From: Octopus vulgaris
Lineage: Eukaryota
Length of the DNA: 64,000 nt
Direction: 5' to 3'
Assembly (NCBI GenBank): GCA_951406725.2
Contig: OX597814.1
Span: 90,706,001-90,770,000, forward strand
Part shown: positions 29,301 to 44,930 of the stretch, one piece after another
Position numbering within the stretch: position 1 is the first letter of the stretch
Layout: each line of letters opens with the position of its first letter
Made by a program: the position numbers and the translations under genes
Notes under the pieces: model-generated
Seen by the model: the letters and a program-made list of their open reading frames with translations, nothing else
What the model was told of the DNA's origin: nothing
The model's database searches: none

Positions 29301-29880
29301 GCGCAGAAGGTATATAAGAGACGCCAGGACAATAGAGACAGGCTTGTCCATTGGACACATCACAATAGGTATGGATTTGACAAAGAATAATTGTTACGAC
29401 CACAAACACGAAGGCATCGTCGAAAATAAAAATGCAAGGATCTCATGGGGTTTTATGACTCAGTGTGACTATGAGATAGAAAATAGGAAGGCAGACATAG
29501 TCTTAATTGAGAAAGAAAGAAGAATTATGCTGGATCATAGATATAGCATGCCCAGATGACAACAAGGTATGCGATAAGAAAGAAAGAAAAGTCGATAGGT
29601 ATAACAGTTTAGATTGCGAAGTTAAGCAGTTGTGGTCGATGAAAAAGTTAGCAGTTGTAGCAATAATTGTCGGTTCCCTGGGAACTGAGCAAAATCTCGA
29701 AAGATACGTTGAACAAATAGGGGCTGCAAAAGGGTGGAGCGCATGCAGAAAACAGCACTGCTTGGAGCCGCTCGAATACTTTGGAAGTTGCTCGAAAAAT
29801 AAGAGGTGTTACCTTAGTTCACTGATAGTGAAAAGCTGACACCGTAGTACATCTCCAGCGTAAGAAGCTGTGCAAAATCA
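26338..29880 (+). mobile_element. Near full-length R4/Dong retrotransposon (family C), decayed
   Basis: Short 5' UTR, ATG at 26458, N-terminal ECYYLSNP..GYRQ..W motif, RT (GIFQG..LFMDDLK..YKYLG) and RLE region (RKADIV..IDIACP..RYNSL..IIVGSLG). TAA upstream, (CAA)n(TAA)n downstream. Confidence 0.88.
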
Positions 29881-29919
29881 ATGACAACAACAACAACAAC
29901 AACAGAAATAATAATAATG

Positions 29920-29972
<53 letters not shown>

Positions 29973-30025
29973 TATAATAATAATGATAATAATAATAATA
30001 AATAAATACATAAATAAATAAATAA

Positions 30026-30631
30026 CCTTGACGCAGCATTAAACAATGGCACTCATGGTTTTTTATCTAAACTGATTGGAAGTGTTATCATGTACATTGT
30101 TTTGTCTTGGTATAAAAAGAGGGCTACGGCAAATATTCTTCTCAATGCCATAGATTTGCCTGCCAGTTGATTCACCTTAGCCAGTTGAGCATGTACCTTT
30201 GTGGCTGACAATATATGCATCTCTGATCATGACAAAAAGTATTGGGGGTGCTTCATGGTCATGTGTTGAGAGGATTTCTTTGGGGTTTTAATAATTCACC
30301 TCTGGAAACACGGCTGTTTCATTGATTATCCTTAAACAAACCTTGTGAGCGAGATGGATTACTTTACCTGAAAAGTAGGCCCCCACCTGCGAGGTCAAGC
30401 GCTGTTTATCTTGATATATTGTCACCATGTTGCGCATATATGATCGGGATTTCTGTGCCTGGAATACTCGTATCAGCTGTTTATCTTGATATGAGCTCTC
30501 TATGTTGCGTACATATAGTTGTGATGCATGTGCCTTGTGTACCATTGTCAGACGGGTAGTCATGATGGGTATACTGGATTTCTTATATTTTACCCTAGTG
30601 TTACTTTGATGGCATGCACTCCCTCTCACTC
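30026..30631 (+). mobile_element. Non-coding (TAA)n-tailed interspersed element, copy 1 (with internal duplication)
   Basis: Homologous end-to-end to 43861-44398; ends GGCATGCACTCCCTCTCACTC then (AAT)n. Confidence 0.8.
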
Positions 30632-30646
30632 AATAATAATAATAAT

Positions 30647-31380
30647 GTGCCAATACACACAGATAGAGAAATTAAGGCCAATACGCCGGATATAGTTGTC
30701 AGAGATCACCAAGGAAGAAAAAATCTTTCTAATCGATGTATCAATACCAACAGATGACAATGTTTCTCTGCAACAAACGGAGAAGCCTTCAAAGTAGAAA
30801 GATGTGGAAATACAGTAACTCGAATGTGAAATCTAGAAACAGAAACAGTTCCTATTATAGTAGACCCATTAGGTATTTAAAAAAGTCAGACCAATCGATA
30901 ACAAAAACACCAGAACTTACAACTACATATATATTTTTTTTCCGACCAGGCTATCAGATGTTGTTACACATCGCTGGTCACAATACATTCGCATTGTTTT
31001 AGCCTTTGAATGACGCCACCCCGCTGGGTAAGCGAGCAGGCCAACAGAAGAAAGAGTGGGAGAAAGAGTGGTGAAAGAGTACAGCAGGGATCACCACCCC
31101 CTGCCGGAGCGTCGTGGAACTTTTAGGTGTTTTCGTTCAATAAACACTCACAACGCCCGGTCTGGGAATCGAAACCGCGATCCTACGACCACGAGTCCGC
31201 TGCCCTAACCACTAGGCCATTGCGCCTCCACACAACTATATATAACATACAGAAAATAGAGCTACTAGGCACCGCATACATCCTACATAAAATACAATGA
31301 AAATAAGAGCACCACAACAAAACACAACACATACCCAAGGCACAAGGAGCTGCGTTCGGTATTGAAGTGAAAGCACGTGA
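30647..31380 (+). mobile_element. R4/Dong family D 3' fragment with a nested SINE
   Basis: VPIHTDREIKANTPDIVVRD..FLIDVSIP; 3' UTR ACCCAAGGCAC..GTGAAAGCACGTGA is shared with 50545-50824; TAA on both sides. Confidence 0.8.
30932..31231 (-). mobile_element. tRNA-derived SINE family C with a 13-bp target-site duplication
   Basis: Minus-strand head GGAGGCGCAATGGCCTAGTGGTTAGGGC..GGTTTCGATTCCC (A and B boxes) and a poly-A tail. TSD ACAACTACATATA (30919-30931) / ACAACTATATATA (31232-31244). Confidence 0.9.
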
Positions 31381-31429
31381 TAATAATAATAATAATAATG
31401 ATAATAATAATAATAATAATAATAATAAT

Positions 31430-31475
<46 letters not shown>

Positions 31476-31494
31476 TTAATAATAATAATAATAA

Positions 31495-33992
<2,498 letters not shown>

Positions 33993-34426
33993 TTATATTT
34001 ACGTATGTAATTTTATGACACACCTAACTATAATATTTTAATGTTTGTATTATATTTTGTTTCAGAGTTACCGTGTTATATATTACGAAATATGTTTCCG
34101 TCTTTGCCATCATATATCTCGCTCTTAGCTGCGACATTTCTTTAAGTTCACATTTTAAAACTTTCCTATAGCTGAGAAGACGCTTTTGGGAAAGCCAATG
34201 GTAATGAATAAATATTGATTATAAAAGAAATAATGGTTTCTAATAACAATACGCAAATGCAACACGACATTCATTAAATACGGTTTTTCATACTTGAATA
34301 AGTGATAGTAATTATGCTCATGCAAGCGATATAACGCAAATTAATTAAAATTCAAGTGAAATATAATGTAATGTGACCACGCATCTTTATATCACTAATT
34401 CGCTGAGCATGAGCATTCGGATTTGG

Positions 34427-34493
<67 letters not shown>

Positions 34494-35229
34494 CAGAAAT
34501 AGATATGTGCGTGTGCAAATGTATGTTTTGCGTGCATGTGTATGTATCTTTAGGCTGTAATAGGCATATTGAAAGACAAGAGAATACTTCATTTAGAAAT
34601 ACATTTTTATTCGGATGATAAATCGTATTTGCAAAGGACACTTTTATGAGTAGTTTCGGGATGCGTGAAAAATATCTAATGTAAGAGAAAGACTGGCAGA
34701 AATACGACAGTGTGTATTGGTAATAATTTATGATTGTAATTCAGCAGTAATTTTCCCAATTGTAAGGCGAAAGATGTACGAGTGTTGTTATTTGATGCTC
34801 TGCTTATGCTGGCTGCTGATCTTTGTAGTGCGTCACAAATGATTGGACACGAAACTTGCCGAGAGAAATAAGGGATTGGGGTAGAACGAGTCAGTGGGAC
34901 ATAATGAGTCATTTGCCTGATTTTTCATAATTTTCTCTGAACTCCGAATCACGAAGTATTAAGTGACAGCCATTATAAATTACGTCATCTTTCTTGCCTG
35001 TATAAGCGTTATATAATTCCTGCTACTATATTTCAAATTATTCATAATGGATCAGAAACCTCAATCCTTAGACCAACAATTTTTGATCGTCAAACAAAAT
35101 ATCGCGGTGTAGCAAGCAGTACTGCAGATTTGGATATTTTGTACTGAAAGGCTGTTCAGAATAATTTTCTTACCTATGTTATTTCAGAGAAAGGAAATAT
35201 CACTGGAAATTCTAAAACTGAAGTTAATT

Positions 35230-36180
35230 CAAAGGTTAGGTATAATGGGTTACTTGTCAGTTTGCACCGTGGGGTAATATAGGTCACTTAATATCTAACA
35301 AATAAGCTTCTAGAAAAGAAGAATTAAAGAAGTCTTCCACACCCTTCAAATATGTGCAAGTATGTGAAAGCTTTTTAGAAGCATTGTTCCATGTAAATTA
35401 TTGATATTTACACAGTATCAAGTTTAGGTAGAAGATAGTGCGGGAAACAGTACACCAAAGAAGAAACAAAATGTCTAAGAGGTTTATATGATTCAAAATA
35501 GTAGAAAACAGGTAACACAGTGGGTTTGTGATAATACTGATGGTGACCATGAATGTGCTGATAAAACGGCGGAAGAGGACGCTGAGTGCTCCATCTGCAA
35601 CAGATTCTGGAGTAGGTATAAAGGCGGGGAGAACGAAGCTTGGTTGTTGTGATAATTATATTTCCCATAATTGTATTCGAAGAGAAATGTTTGTTAACCA
35701 AGAGTTCCTCTGTGAGAAGTGTAGAGCTTAATTTTGAGTTCATTTTTGAATAGAGCATATTATAGAAAGCGATTTAGTCTCAAATGAGCTGCTCTTCTGT
35801 AAATGTTTTCTTTTTTTTATTTTGAGTCTCTTTAAGTTCGAATGTCTCTCATGGATCTCTTTATTGATTACTTTCAACATTCATCCACAGTTTGTCAGAT
35901 TGTTATTAAAATACTGCTCTGTGTTTCGCACCATTTGTGATTGACTTATTATGTCCTAACAAATAGTGAAATTATAGATTTTGATAATGATTCAATCTTA
36001 ATTATGTATATACGAAATGGGTATAAAAATTGCTTCCCAATCCATCGGAAGTCCTTAAAAGAATCATGATGCACATTTTGAAATTTTGACTCCGTATTAA
36101 CTTTTATATACTGGTTTGTATATGTTATTATTTTTAAAATTTTGGAAAAATAGACCCATTATGTCCCATGTCAACTTACA
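35230..36180 (+). mobile_element. Internally deleted pogo-like DNA transposon relic retaining a C-terminal PHD finger
   Basis: 35581-35731 reads AECSICNRFWSRYKGGENEAW/CCDNYISHNC..EFLCEKCRA* with one frameshift. Inverted motifs ATAATGGGT (35242) and ACCCATTAT (36154) may be TIR remnants. Confidence 0.45.
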
Positions 36181-38036
36181 TAAGGAACAGAGAGTTTTTA
36201 TTTTTAACAATGCACTAAATACAGTCTATTGTCGAAAATTAACTCAAATACATAAATACACAACTATTCCCTATGAATATATTTATGTATAATCACTCAC
36301 ACACACTCACAAAAACGCACACTCTCACACACACGCGCGTGCACACACACACACACACACACAAACACGCTCATACACATACACATAACTTTGGGTAATC
36401 GTTCACGCTAGTCACTGAAATTCACCCGCATATAGACGGTGTTATGTGTTTTAGGGCGGATTCGAATGAGACCTGGTAAATTACCTGTGGGCAAACACAT
36501 GCACGACTGTTGTCAGATTTTCGTGGAGTAACTGCATTGATCTGTACGGTTCGTGGATCCTGTCTACCTGGATAGAGCCTCTTACGATTTCAGTAAAACT
36601 TTACAAGGCCTTTGATTTGAAATGAAAGGAGGAATTCTAAACTATGGTGCTCGGTATTTGAAAAGAAGAAATTATTCAAATTAATAGGTTTGTCACAAGA
36701 AATACCACACTTTAACGGTAAAAGTTCCAATATTTACCAGTAAATGATTTACCTATTTTCTATTCAGACTAAAATTATCAGGTTCTTGTAAAATCACATC
36801 TCTCCTTATCACATTGTGAGTTCCCGCTCGAAAAGGGTGATGCAAACGGGGTTTTCAGTCCAAGGTAAACACAGAGAAATGAATAATGCCTTGAAGAGCA
36901 AATGAATTTGTATTGAATTCTCACTTGTCTAACGGAAGTTTTCAACGTGTCCAATGTAGTAGATTTATATCTTATTATTGAGAAACTGTCCCTATCTCAC
37001 TACACTCATTCATCTCTTCTAGCATTTGGGAAGGTTCCTTCGGTAATAGATCGTATGAGAGTTTTGATATTTCTAACGTGATAAATTAGGGCTATGCACC
37101 AGCATTTTCAATTTTTTTCTCCTCCTAAATATTGAAACTGCATGGTGTTAGGAACAAGTATTTCTATCAACATTTGGTAGCCCATTGAATCGCAGAGCCT
37201 CTGTCCCTATCATGTAAGCAGTAGTTGCTGTAATTATACATACATACATGTCTATCTGTCTATCTTTCTATATACGCATATAGAATGATAAACACACAAT
37301 CATATATGCGTATTCACGCACATAAACACCCACGTATAGACACATTATTAAATAGTGGACATGTTATATTGAGATATAAACCACGACCTTATTGAAATAA
37401 GATTCTATCTGTTTACTCTGTAAAGGGATAAAATATAGTATTAACTTTCGTTTGATGTGATAGTCAAGCAGTTATGGAATAAATGTGTCAAAGAACAGAA
37501 AGATACCAATATTTTACTACACGAGTAGATGAAAGACAAGAACAAAAATCAAAAACGTAGTACCCGCTGAGTTGATTTATGTTATATATAAGTCAGCTAA
37601 TAATTAGTAATATTATTTAGAAAAATACGGACAAAATCAAAAGAAAATCTACGAAAGAACATGAAATCAATAATAATATAATGTTGAATGACAATGTCTA
37701 ATGTCTGCGATTATAACAATTCGTGAGTTTTTATCTCTGCTCAAGAAAACTGATCATAAACTAACTTGTGACTAGCAGAGATAAAATCCTTCAACAAACT
37801 GAGTAGATGTGAATATTAAATAATATTGCGGCTCCGACTGTATGATAAGAGTTGCTATCAATATATGGCCGCCATTGAAGGCCAGAATTTGTAAGTTATA
37901 AATGCGTGTATATACAGATGTATGTATGTCTCTGGATCATTATATATATATATGTATATATATATATACATATATATGAATATGTATATATAAATATATA
38001 TGTATGTATGTATATATATATATGTACATATATAGC

Positions 38037-38088
<52 letters not shown>

Positions 38089-38399
38089 AACATACATTCA
38101 TATACACACGTACATATATGTTTGGGTATTGAAAAACTGAATTTTATTCAGAAGATAAAAACTTATGCACAAGTCTATAGATATTTTAAAAAAAATTTAC
38201 AAAAACATTTGTTCAGACTATTAAAAAATACAGAACCTGAGGAGGAATTCTGGGAGACGGAATTACGTAATAGTTGAACGGTTCGTAATTATCAGATTGA
38301 TTGTGTAACAACTCATATATATAGAAGCAGTAGATGGATTCATAAAGATATTACCGTAAACTGGCATCCTTCGTTAGGTGGTCGAGATTGTCGCATTTC

Positions 38400-39026
38400 G
38401 TCCATCTTTAAAATTTGAAGTAATTTTACATCGAGATCTACTATTCCTTTCAGAAGAAAATAGCTTTGGGTTGTGTATCAAGAGTGCTACAAACAACAAA
38501 TTCTGATGCAGGTAATTGTATCTAATATCGTCATGTGTGATACTTGCGTGGAGATTGAGGAATAGCAAATAAAATAAATAAGGAGATCCAAAGAATGTGA
38601 AATGGAAAGAAAAATGCACGGACAAATTAAAAGAGAGAGAGAGAGAGAGAAAGAGAGAGGGAGAGAGAAAAGGAGAGAAAAAGAGAAAGAGTGGAACAAC
38701 CTACCAAAGAGTGACTTGAAACCAGAGAAAAACCTACACGTCTTTGCAGTCCATGAACGAGCACTTCGGCCGATTTGCTATCGATGCAAAATTTGCAAAA
38801 CAGCAACAGTCGATAAGTACAGGTTGTACATTGGTAGAAACTAGATCGTATACATTTCTGGGAATTATTGCATGAATCTGAATCGAAAAGAATACAAGAA
38901 TGCAGAAATGGACACAACAATGTTAAAAAAAGGTTCAGTGGAAGTTGTGTGGCAAATACAGACAAGAGAAGAGTAGTAGTATGGATAAACCACAGAATGT
39001 CCCTCTTTGGTAGGGAGAGAGAAAAG

Positions 39027-39057
<31 letters not shown>

Positions 39058-39433
39058 GGAGAGAGAAAAGGAGAGACGAAATGACAGAGGGAAAGAGAGA
39101 GGAAGAGATTTTCCATAGATCGAGAATAACGAGGTAAAGATAATGTGGCGATATTGTAGTAGGTGTCTTGTCTTCAGGAAAATCGGATATAGAAGTTGTG
39201 AATAACGAAGAAAAAAATACCTTCTTTAATCAGAGGTATTGTTATATCCTGAGATGTCAAATAATTGGTAAAAGAAGATAACATGCCAGATACGATGATT
39301 TAAAATTGGAATTAAATGACTGTGGGTATTGAAAAGGCAGACTGTTATAACTGTTTTTGCTGTAACCTTGTGTATTCTATGTACCAGGCCGGCAAACTGG
39401 ATTGAAAAGATAGGGGTGTATGTTTGTCTACTA
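38400..39433 (+). mobile_element. Old R4/Dong 3' portion with (GA)n expansions
   Basis: MERKMHGQ..KSDLKPE..VHERALR..CKIC; ends at the (TAA)n array 39435-39505. Confidence 0.6.
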
Positions 39434-39505
<72 letters not shown>

Positions 39506-39508
<3 letters not shown>

Positions 39509-40093
39509 TAAAGCCATATTGTTAGTGAGTGCTGTAAGCTCGCACAACGCGTATACAAAAGGAGACACGACAATGTAGCCAGATATGTCCACTGATAGTT
39601 GTGCGGTAAAGCAAGCTTCGGGAGAGCCGAACAATGGTATGACCACAAGCCAGAGGGAAAAATAGGAAACGAACATACAGTGCGACCAAGTCATACAGGC
39701 GAGACAGCCAGATATCGTGATCATCCATAAAGATGAAAAAGAAGCAAAGATAATAGATGTTGCAATACCAGGCGATTCGAGGGTGAAATGTGAGGAAACA
39801 GAATAGAGAAATACCAGCTACTGCGGGACAAGATAGCAAAGTTATGGGGCATGAGGAAAGTAATGGTGATACCCGTGGTAATTGGAGCATTAGGAGCAGT
39901 TTCCAAGAGCGTTGAGAAACAAATTAAGAATATTGGATCTGATGTCAGACTCGAAGTGATCCAGAAAACAGCATTGTTGGGTAAAGCTCGCAATCTACGG
40001 AGAGTATTGTCTCTTTGAATCACAAGAGAAGGCACTTGGTGATTTGTTATTGCCTGCTTTCAAGTAAAGAACATCCGCAAATAGAACAACGAG
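39506..40093 (+). mobile_element. R4/Dong 3' fragment (RLE domain + 3' UTR)
   Basis: HIVSECCKLAQRVYKRRHDNVARYVH..QARQPDIV..IDVAIPGD..PVVIGALG..IQKTALLGKARNLRRVL; TAA on both sides. Confidence 0.88.
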
Positions 40094-40121
40094 AATAATA
40101 ATAATATTATTAATAATAATG

Positions 40122-40962
<841 letters not shown>

Positions 40963-41016
<54 letters not shown>

Positions 41017-41040
41017 TGATGATGATGATGGTGATGATGG

Positions 41041-41104
<64 letters not shown>

Positions 41105-41112
41105 GATGATGA

Positions 41113-41166
<54 letters not shown>

Positions 41167-41200
41167 GTGATGGTGATGATGATGATGATGATGATGGTGG

Positions 41201-41288
<88 letters not shown>
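40963..41288. repeat. (TAA)n grading into (GAT)n/(GGT)
   Basis: Directly visible; source of the poly-M and poly-D ORFs. Confidence 0.95.
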
Positions 41289-42835
41289 ATCTATAACAAC
41301 AAAAAAAGCAGCAATTTTGTTGTTTTATATTGATAATTTAGAAAATTTTGCGTCCGAAAAAGTAAAATGTGAAAACACTAAGCCGTTTCAAATTTGGATT
41401 TGCAATTCTAAACATAGCTATTATATTAAAAATGAATCCCGTAATAATCGTCAAATTTTCAATTTCACTAATTTTCTCTGGAATGGCTATAAAATTTCTC
41501 ATCTGTCGATTCACTTTCCTTATTTATCAATATTTGCTAAATATTTTATACTGTATAATTTGGATTAGTCCGTACAGAAATCAATATAGCTACATCTCAG
41601 AAAATTAGAAAAAATTGCAGAAATTATGATTGTTGTTAATTGAGAAGGCCGTCAAAATTTCAATTACATTCGAATAACTAATTCTAAATTGATCTGTTGC
41701 CAGTTTGTTTTAAATGAGTTCCTCGCAATTATATCTAATATTGCAAAAAAAACAAACAACCAAAACAAAACAAAACAAATCAAAAAGAAAAAAACAAATA
41801 CATTTCATAGAACATCTGTTAGTGTTTGGGTGATGCATTTTCTCTTAAATGACTGATAAAATATATCGTAGTTACGAGGATATTGACCTGATTGTTTTAA
41901 CACTCGTTGACCATCCTCATTTTAACAATTACTTGTCGATTCAATTGATTCTAGGTTCATAGAATAATATGATCCAGGAGGCACAATCGTATGACGATCA
42001 CTAAGCTAAGAAGGTGAGGCAATATACATTTTACATCAACTCAACCATTCAAGTGACAGAGCGATAGTGAAATGGTAATATATCTTGTCATTCTGCTACA
42101 TTGACCATGAACTCGCGAAAAATACAGTGATCTCAGCCCTACATATACAATAGCGACACAAAGCATCTATGTGTATGGCAATATTGTGCTGGACGTCACA
42201 TAAATTTGAGTTGCAGAGTTTGGCAGAGACTCCAGATGCCCTACTACTTGATGCCTGGCGTGAGGTCCCGCAGACAACGCTGGATGCTTGTATTACATGT
42301 AGGAGTTGATTCAATGCATATTCTCATGTTCACTATCAAAACAACGAGTTCATGGTGTTTTTCTACTCTAAAAGGTTTGCACTCATAGAAGAAGCCTAAA
42401 TGTTTTCCACTCAAGACTGCTTTGGTCAGTATTGCCTAAGAGCTCATAAACTTAGTATCGGTTCTGCAACTCAACCGATCGCAATCTCATGAGGAATCGA
42501 TATTGGATAGTGAGACAGAAATTGGCTAAATTGTATACTAGCTTCAGATGCCGCTGTAAAAGATGGTTGACCTCCACACATACGCTGGCTTCTGTGTTGT
42601 AGTCCTCTCTACCACAACGTATTTTGGCAGTATTGAAAATATCGATTACCAGCTACTATCTGTCCACAAGTAATTATAAAAGCAAAATAATGAAAACAGA
42701 TCATAACACCAAATACAATCAGCACTAGCTGTCCATTTCTTATCAAACCCGAATGTATATACAGATATGACCGAGAAAGTAGTTATATCCATTGGACAAT
42801 ATGCCAATACTACAACATAAAAACGAACAAGAATC

Positions 42836-43230
42836 TCTTTCTCTTTCTCTTTTACTTGTTTCAATTATTTGACTGCGGCCATGCTGGAACACGGCATTTA
42901 GTCGAGCCAATCGACTCCAGGACTTATTCTTTGTAAGCCTAGTACTTATTCTATTGGTTTCTTTTGCCGAAGTGCGAAGTTACGGGGTCGTAAACACACT
43001 AGCATCGGTTGTCAAGCGATGTTGGAGAACAAACACAGACACACAAAGATATACATATATATATATGACGGGCTTCTTTCAGTTTCCGTTTACGAAGTCC
43101 ACTCACATGGTTTCGGTCGTCCCGAGGCTATAGTAGAAGACACTTGGCCAAGGTGCCACGCAGTGGGACTGAACCCAGAACCATGTTGTTGGTAAGCACG
43201 CTACTTACCACACAGCCACTCCTGTGCCTA
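42836..43230 (-). mobile_element. SINE family A, complete copy
   Basis: Minus-strand head GGCACAGGAGTGGCTGTGTGGTAAGTAGC..GGGTTCAGTCCC, tail GAAACAAGTAAAAGAG. Confidence 0.9.
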
Positions 43231-43736
43231 TTTAAAAAATGCCAAAGAAGTTACTTGACAACGATTAGGTCACAATAATCTGGAATATCATTCTTCCCAC
43301 TGACAAAGAAATAAATGCTAATCGCCCAGACATAAAAATGAAGGATTTAAACTATAAAAACACCTGCTTAGTGATAGACATTGCAGTCCCTTCTGAGCAG
43401 AATATCACCCAAAGAGAAGTGGAATAATTGTCAAAGTACTAAGTTCTCTAAACTGAAGTATTCAAGATATGGTACATGAAACTAAAAACAAGATCACTAA
43501 TAACTGGAACATTAGGCATGATAAAAACTACCTATGAACAAAACGTAGACGCTATACCTGGACCCGCAAAAATATATAGCCTTGCTAGGAACAGCACACA
43601 TCCAATGAAATTCACTATCAATTCAATAATACAACACAAAATGAAACAATCCATGATCACAAGGCACACTCTATACAAAAGAACGGAGAGCATGCAAGAC
43701 TACAGGAGCTTAAACAAAACCTGTCATAAAGTGAAA
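43231..43736 (+). mobile_element. R4/Dong 3' fragment
   Basis: WNIILPTDKEINANRPDIKMKD..IDIAVPSE..LITGTLGMIK; followed by TAA/GAT repeats. Confidence 0.8.
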
Positions 43737-43744
43737 TAATAATA

Positions 43745-43820
<76 letters not shown>

Positions 43821-43860
43821 CGATGATGATGATGATAAGGATGATAATAATAATAGTAAC

Positions 43861-44398
43861 TGCCCTGATGTAGTACCAGGCAGTGGCCCTCGTGGCTTCT
43901 GATCTTAACTAATTGGAAGTGTTATCATGTATATTGTTTTGTCTTGGTATAAAAGATGGGCTACATCAAATATTCTGCTCAATACCACAGATTTGCTTCT
44001 CAGTTGTTTGGCCTTAACCAGTTAAAAATGTTCCTTGGTAGCTGACGATATGTGCATCTTTGATCACGAGCAGAAGTAGCCATATTTTGAGAAGAATTCT
44101 TGGGGTTTGGATAATACACCTCTCGAAACATGGGTATTTCGTTCGACATCCTTAAACAACTCTTATTCAGGGACCTTTTGAGCAGGATGGCCTACTAGAC
44201 CTCAAGAAAATTCTAATTGGGCCCCACCTGCGAGGTCATGCGCTGTTTATCTAGATATGATATCACCATGTCGTGTACATATGGTTGTGATGGATATGGC
44301 TGGTGTACCCTTATCAGGAGGGTAGTCATGATGGGTATAGTGGGCTTCGTATATTTTACCCCAGTGTTATTTTGATGGCATGTACTGCTCTCTCACAC
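43861..44398 (+). mobile_element. Non-coding (TAA)n-tailed interspersed element, copy 2
   Basis: Homologous to 30026-30631; TAA-type repeats on both sides. Confidence 0.8.
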
Positions 44399-44457
<59 letters not shown>

Positions 44458-44459
<2 letters not shown>

Positions 44460-44930
44460 CTGCAAAGTTCTTATGGATTTCCCAATCCAACCAGATCAGG
44501 TGCAGAAGTAAAACAAGCCGGACTTAGTGGAGGTGAACAAGGTGGACCACATGTTCTATGTAATTGATTTTGTGAGCCCATCTGACCCAGGAATAAATAA
44601 AGAAGGGAGGTGAAAAAATAGACATATGCAATTTTCTTAAGTACGAAATAGCCCGGCTATGAAAAATAAGTAGGTGAAGATAGTGCCGATTATTACCGAG
44701 TCCTTGGGGATAGTTTCAGAAGGCATCTAGAGGAATATGAAGAAAATCAGAATAGGGCGCCCCGTAGCGCCGTTACAAGCGGTTTCTCTCCTTGGCATGG
44801 ACAGAATAATCAGGAAAGTATTAGGTAGTTGAACAGACCAGACAGTATTGTATGAATCCTGCAGGTAGGAAGCGGACTACGCATGCAAGACTTCAGGAGT
44901 TTCAACAAGACCTGAGTTAAAAAGAGTAGT
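44458..44930 (+). mobile_element. R4/Dong 3' fragment (another family)
   Basis: KVLMDFPIQPDQ..NKPDLV..VIDFV..IVPIITESLG..IIRKVL after a TAA array. Confidence 0.7.

Noticed and set aside
31155-31231. tRNA-like sequence (also at other SINE heads)
   Set aside because: No proper cloverleaf; continuous with a SINE body, tail and TSD.
35660-35835. Minus-strand homeodomain-like string KKKKTFTEEQL..F....Y..LTEE..WLTN
   Set aside because: It contains two stops and needs indels, key residues are missing, and it overlaps a more convincing + strand PHD remnant; probably chance.
41950-42640. GC-richer segment, possibly an old LINE relic
   Set aside because: No motif could be read with confidence.
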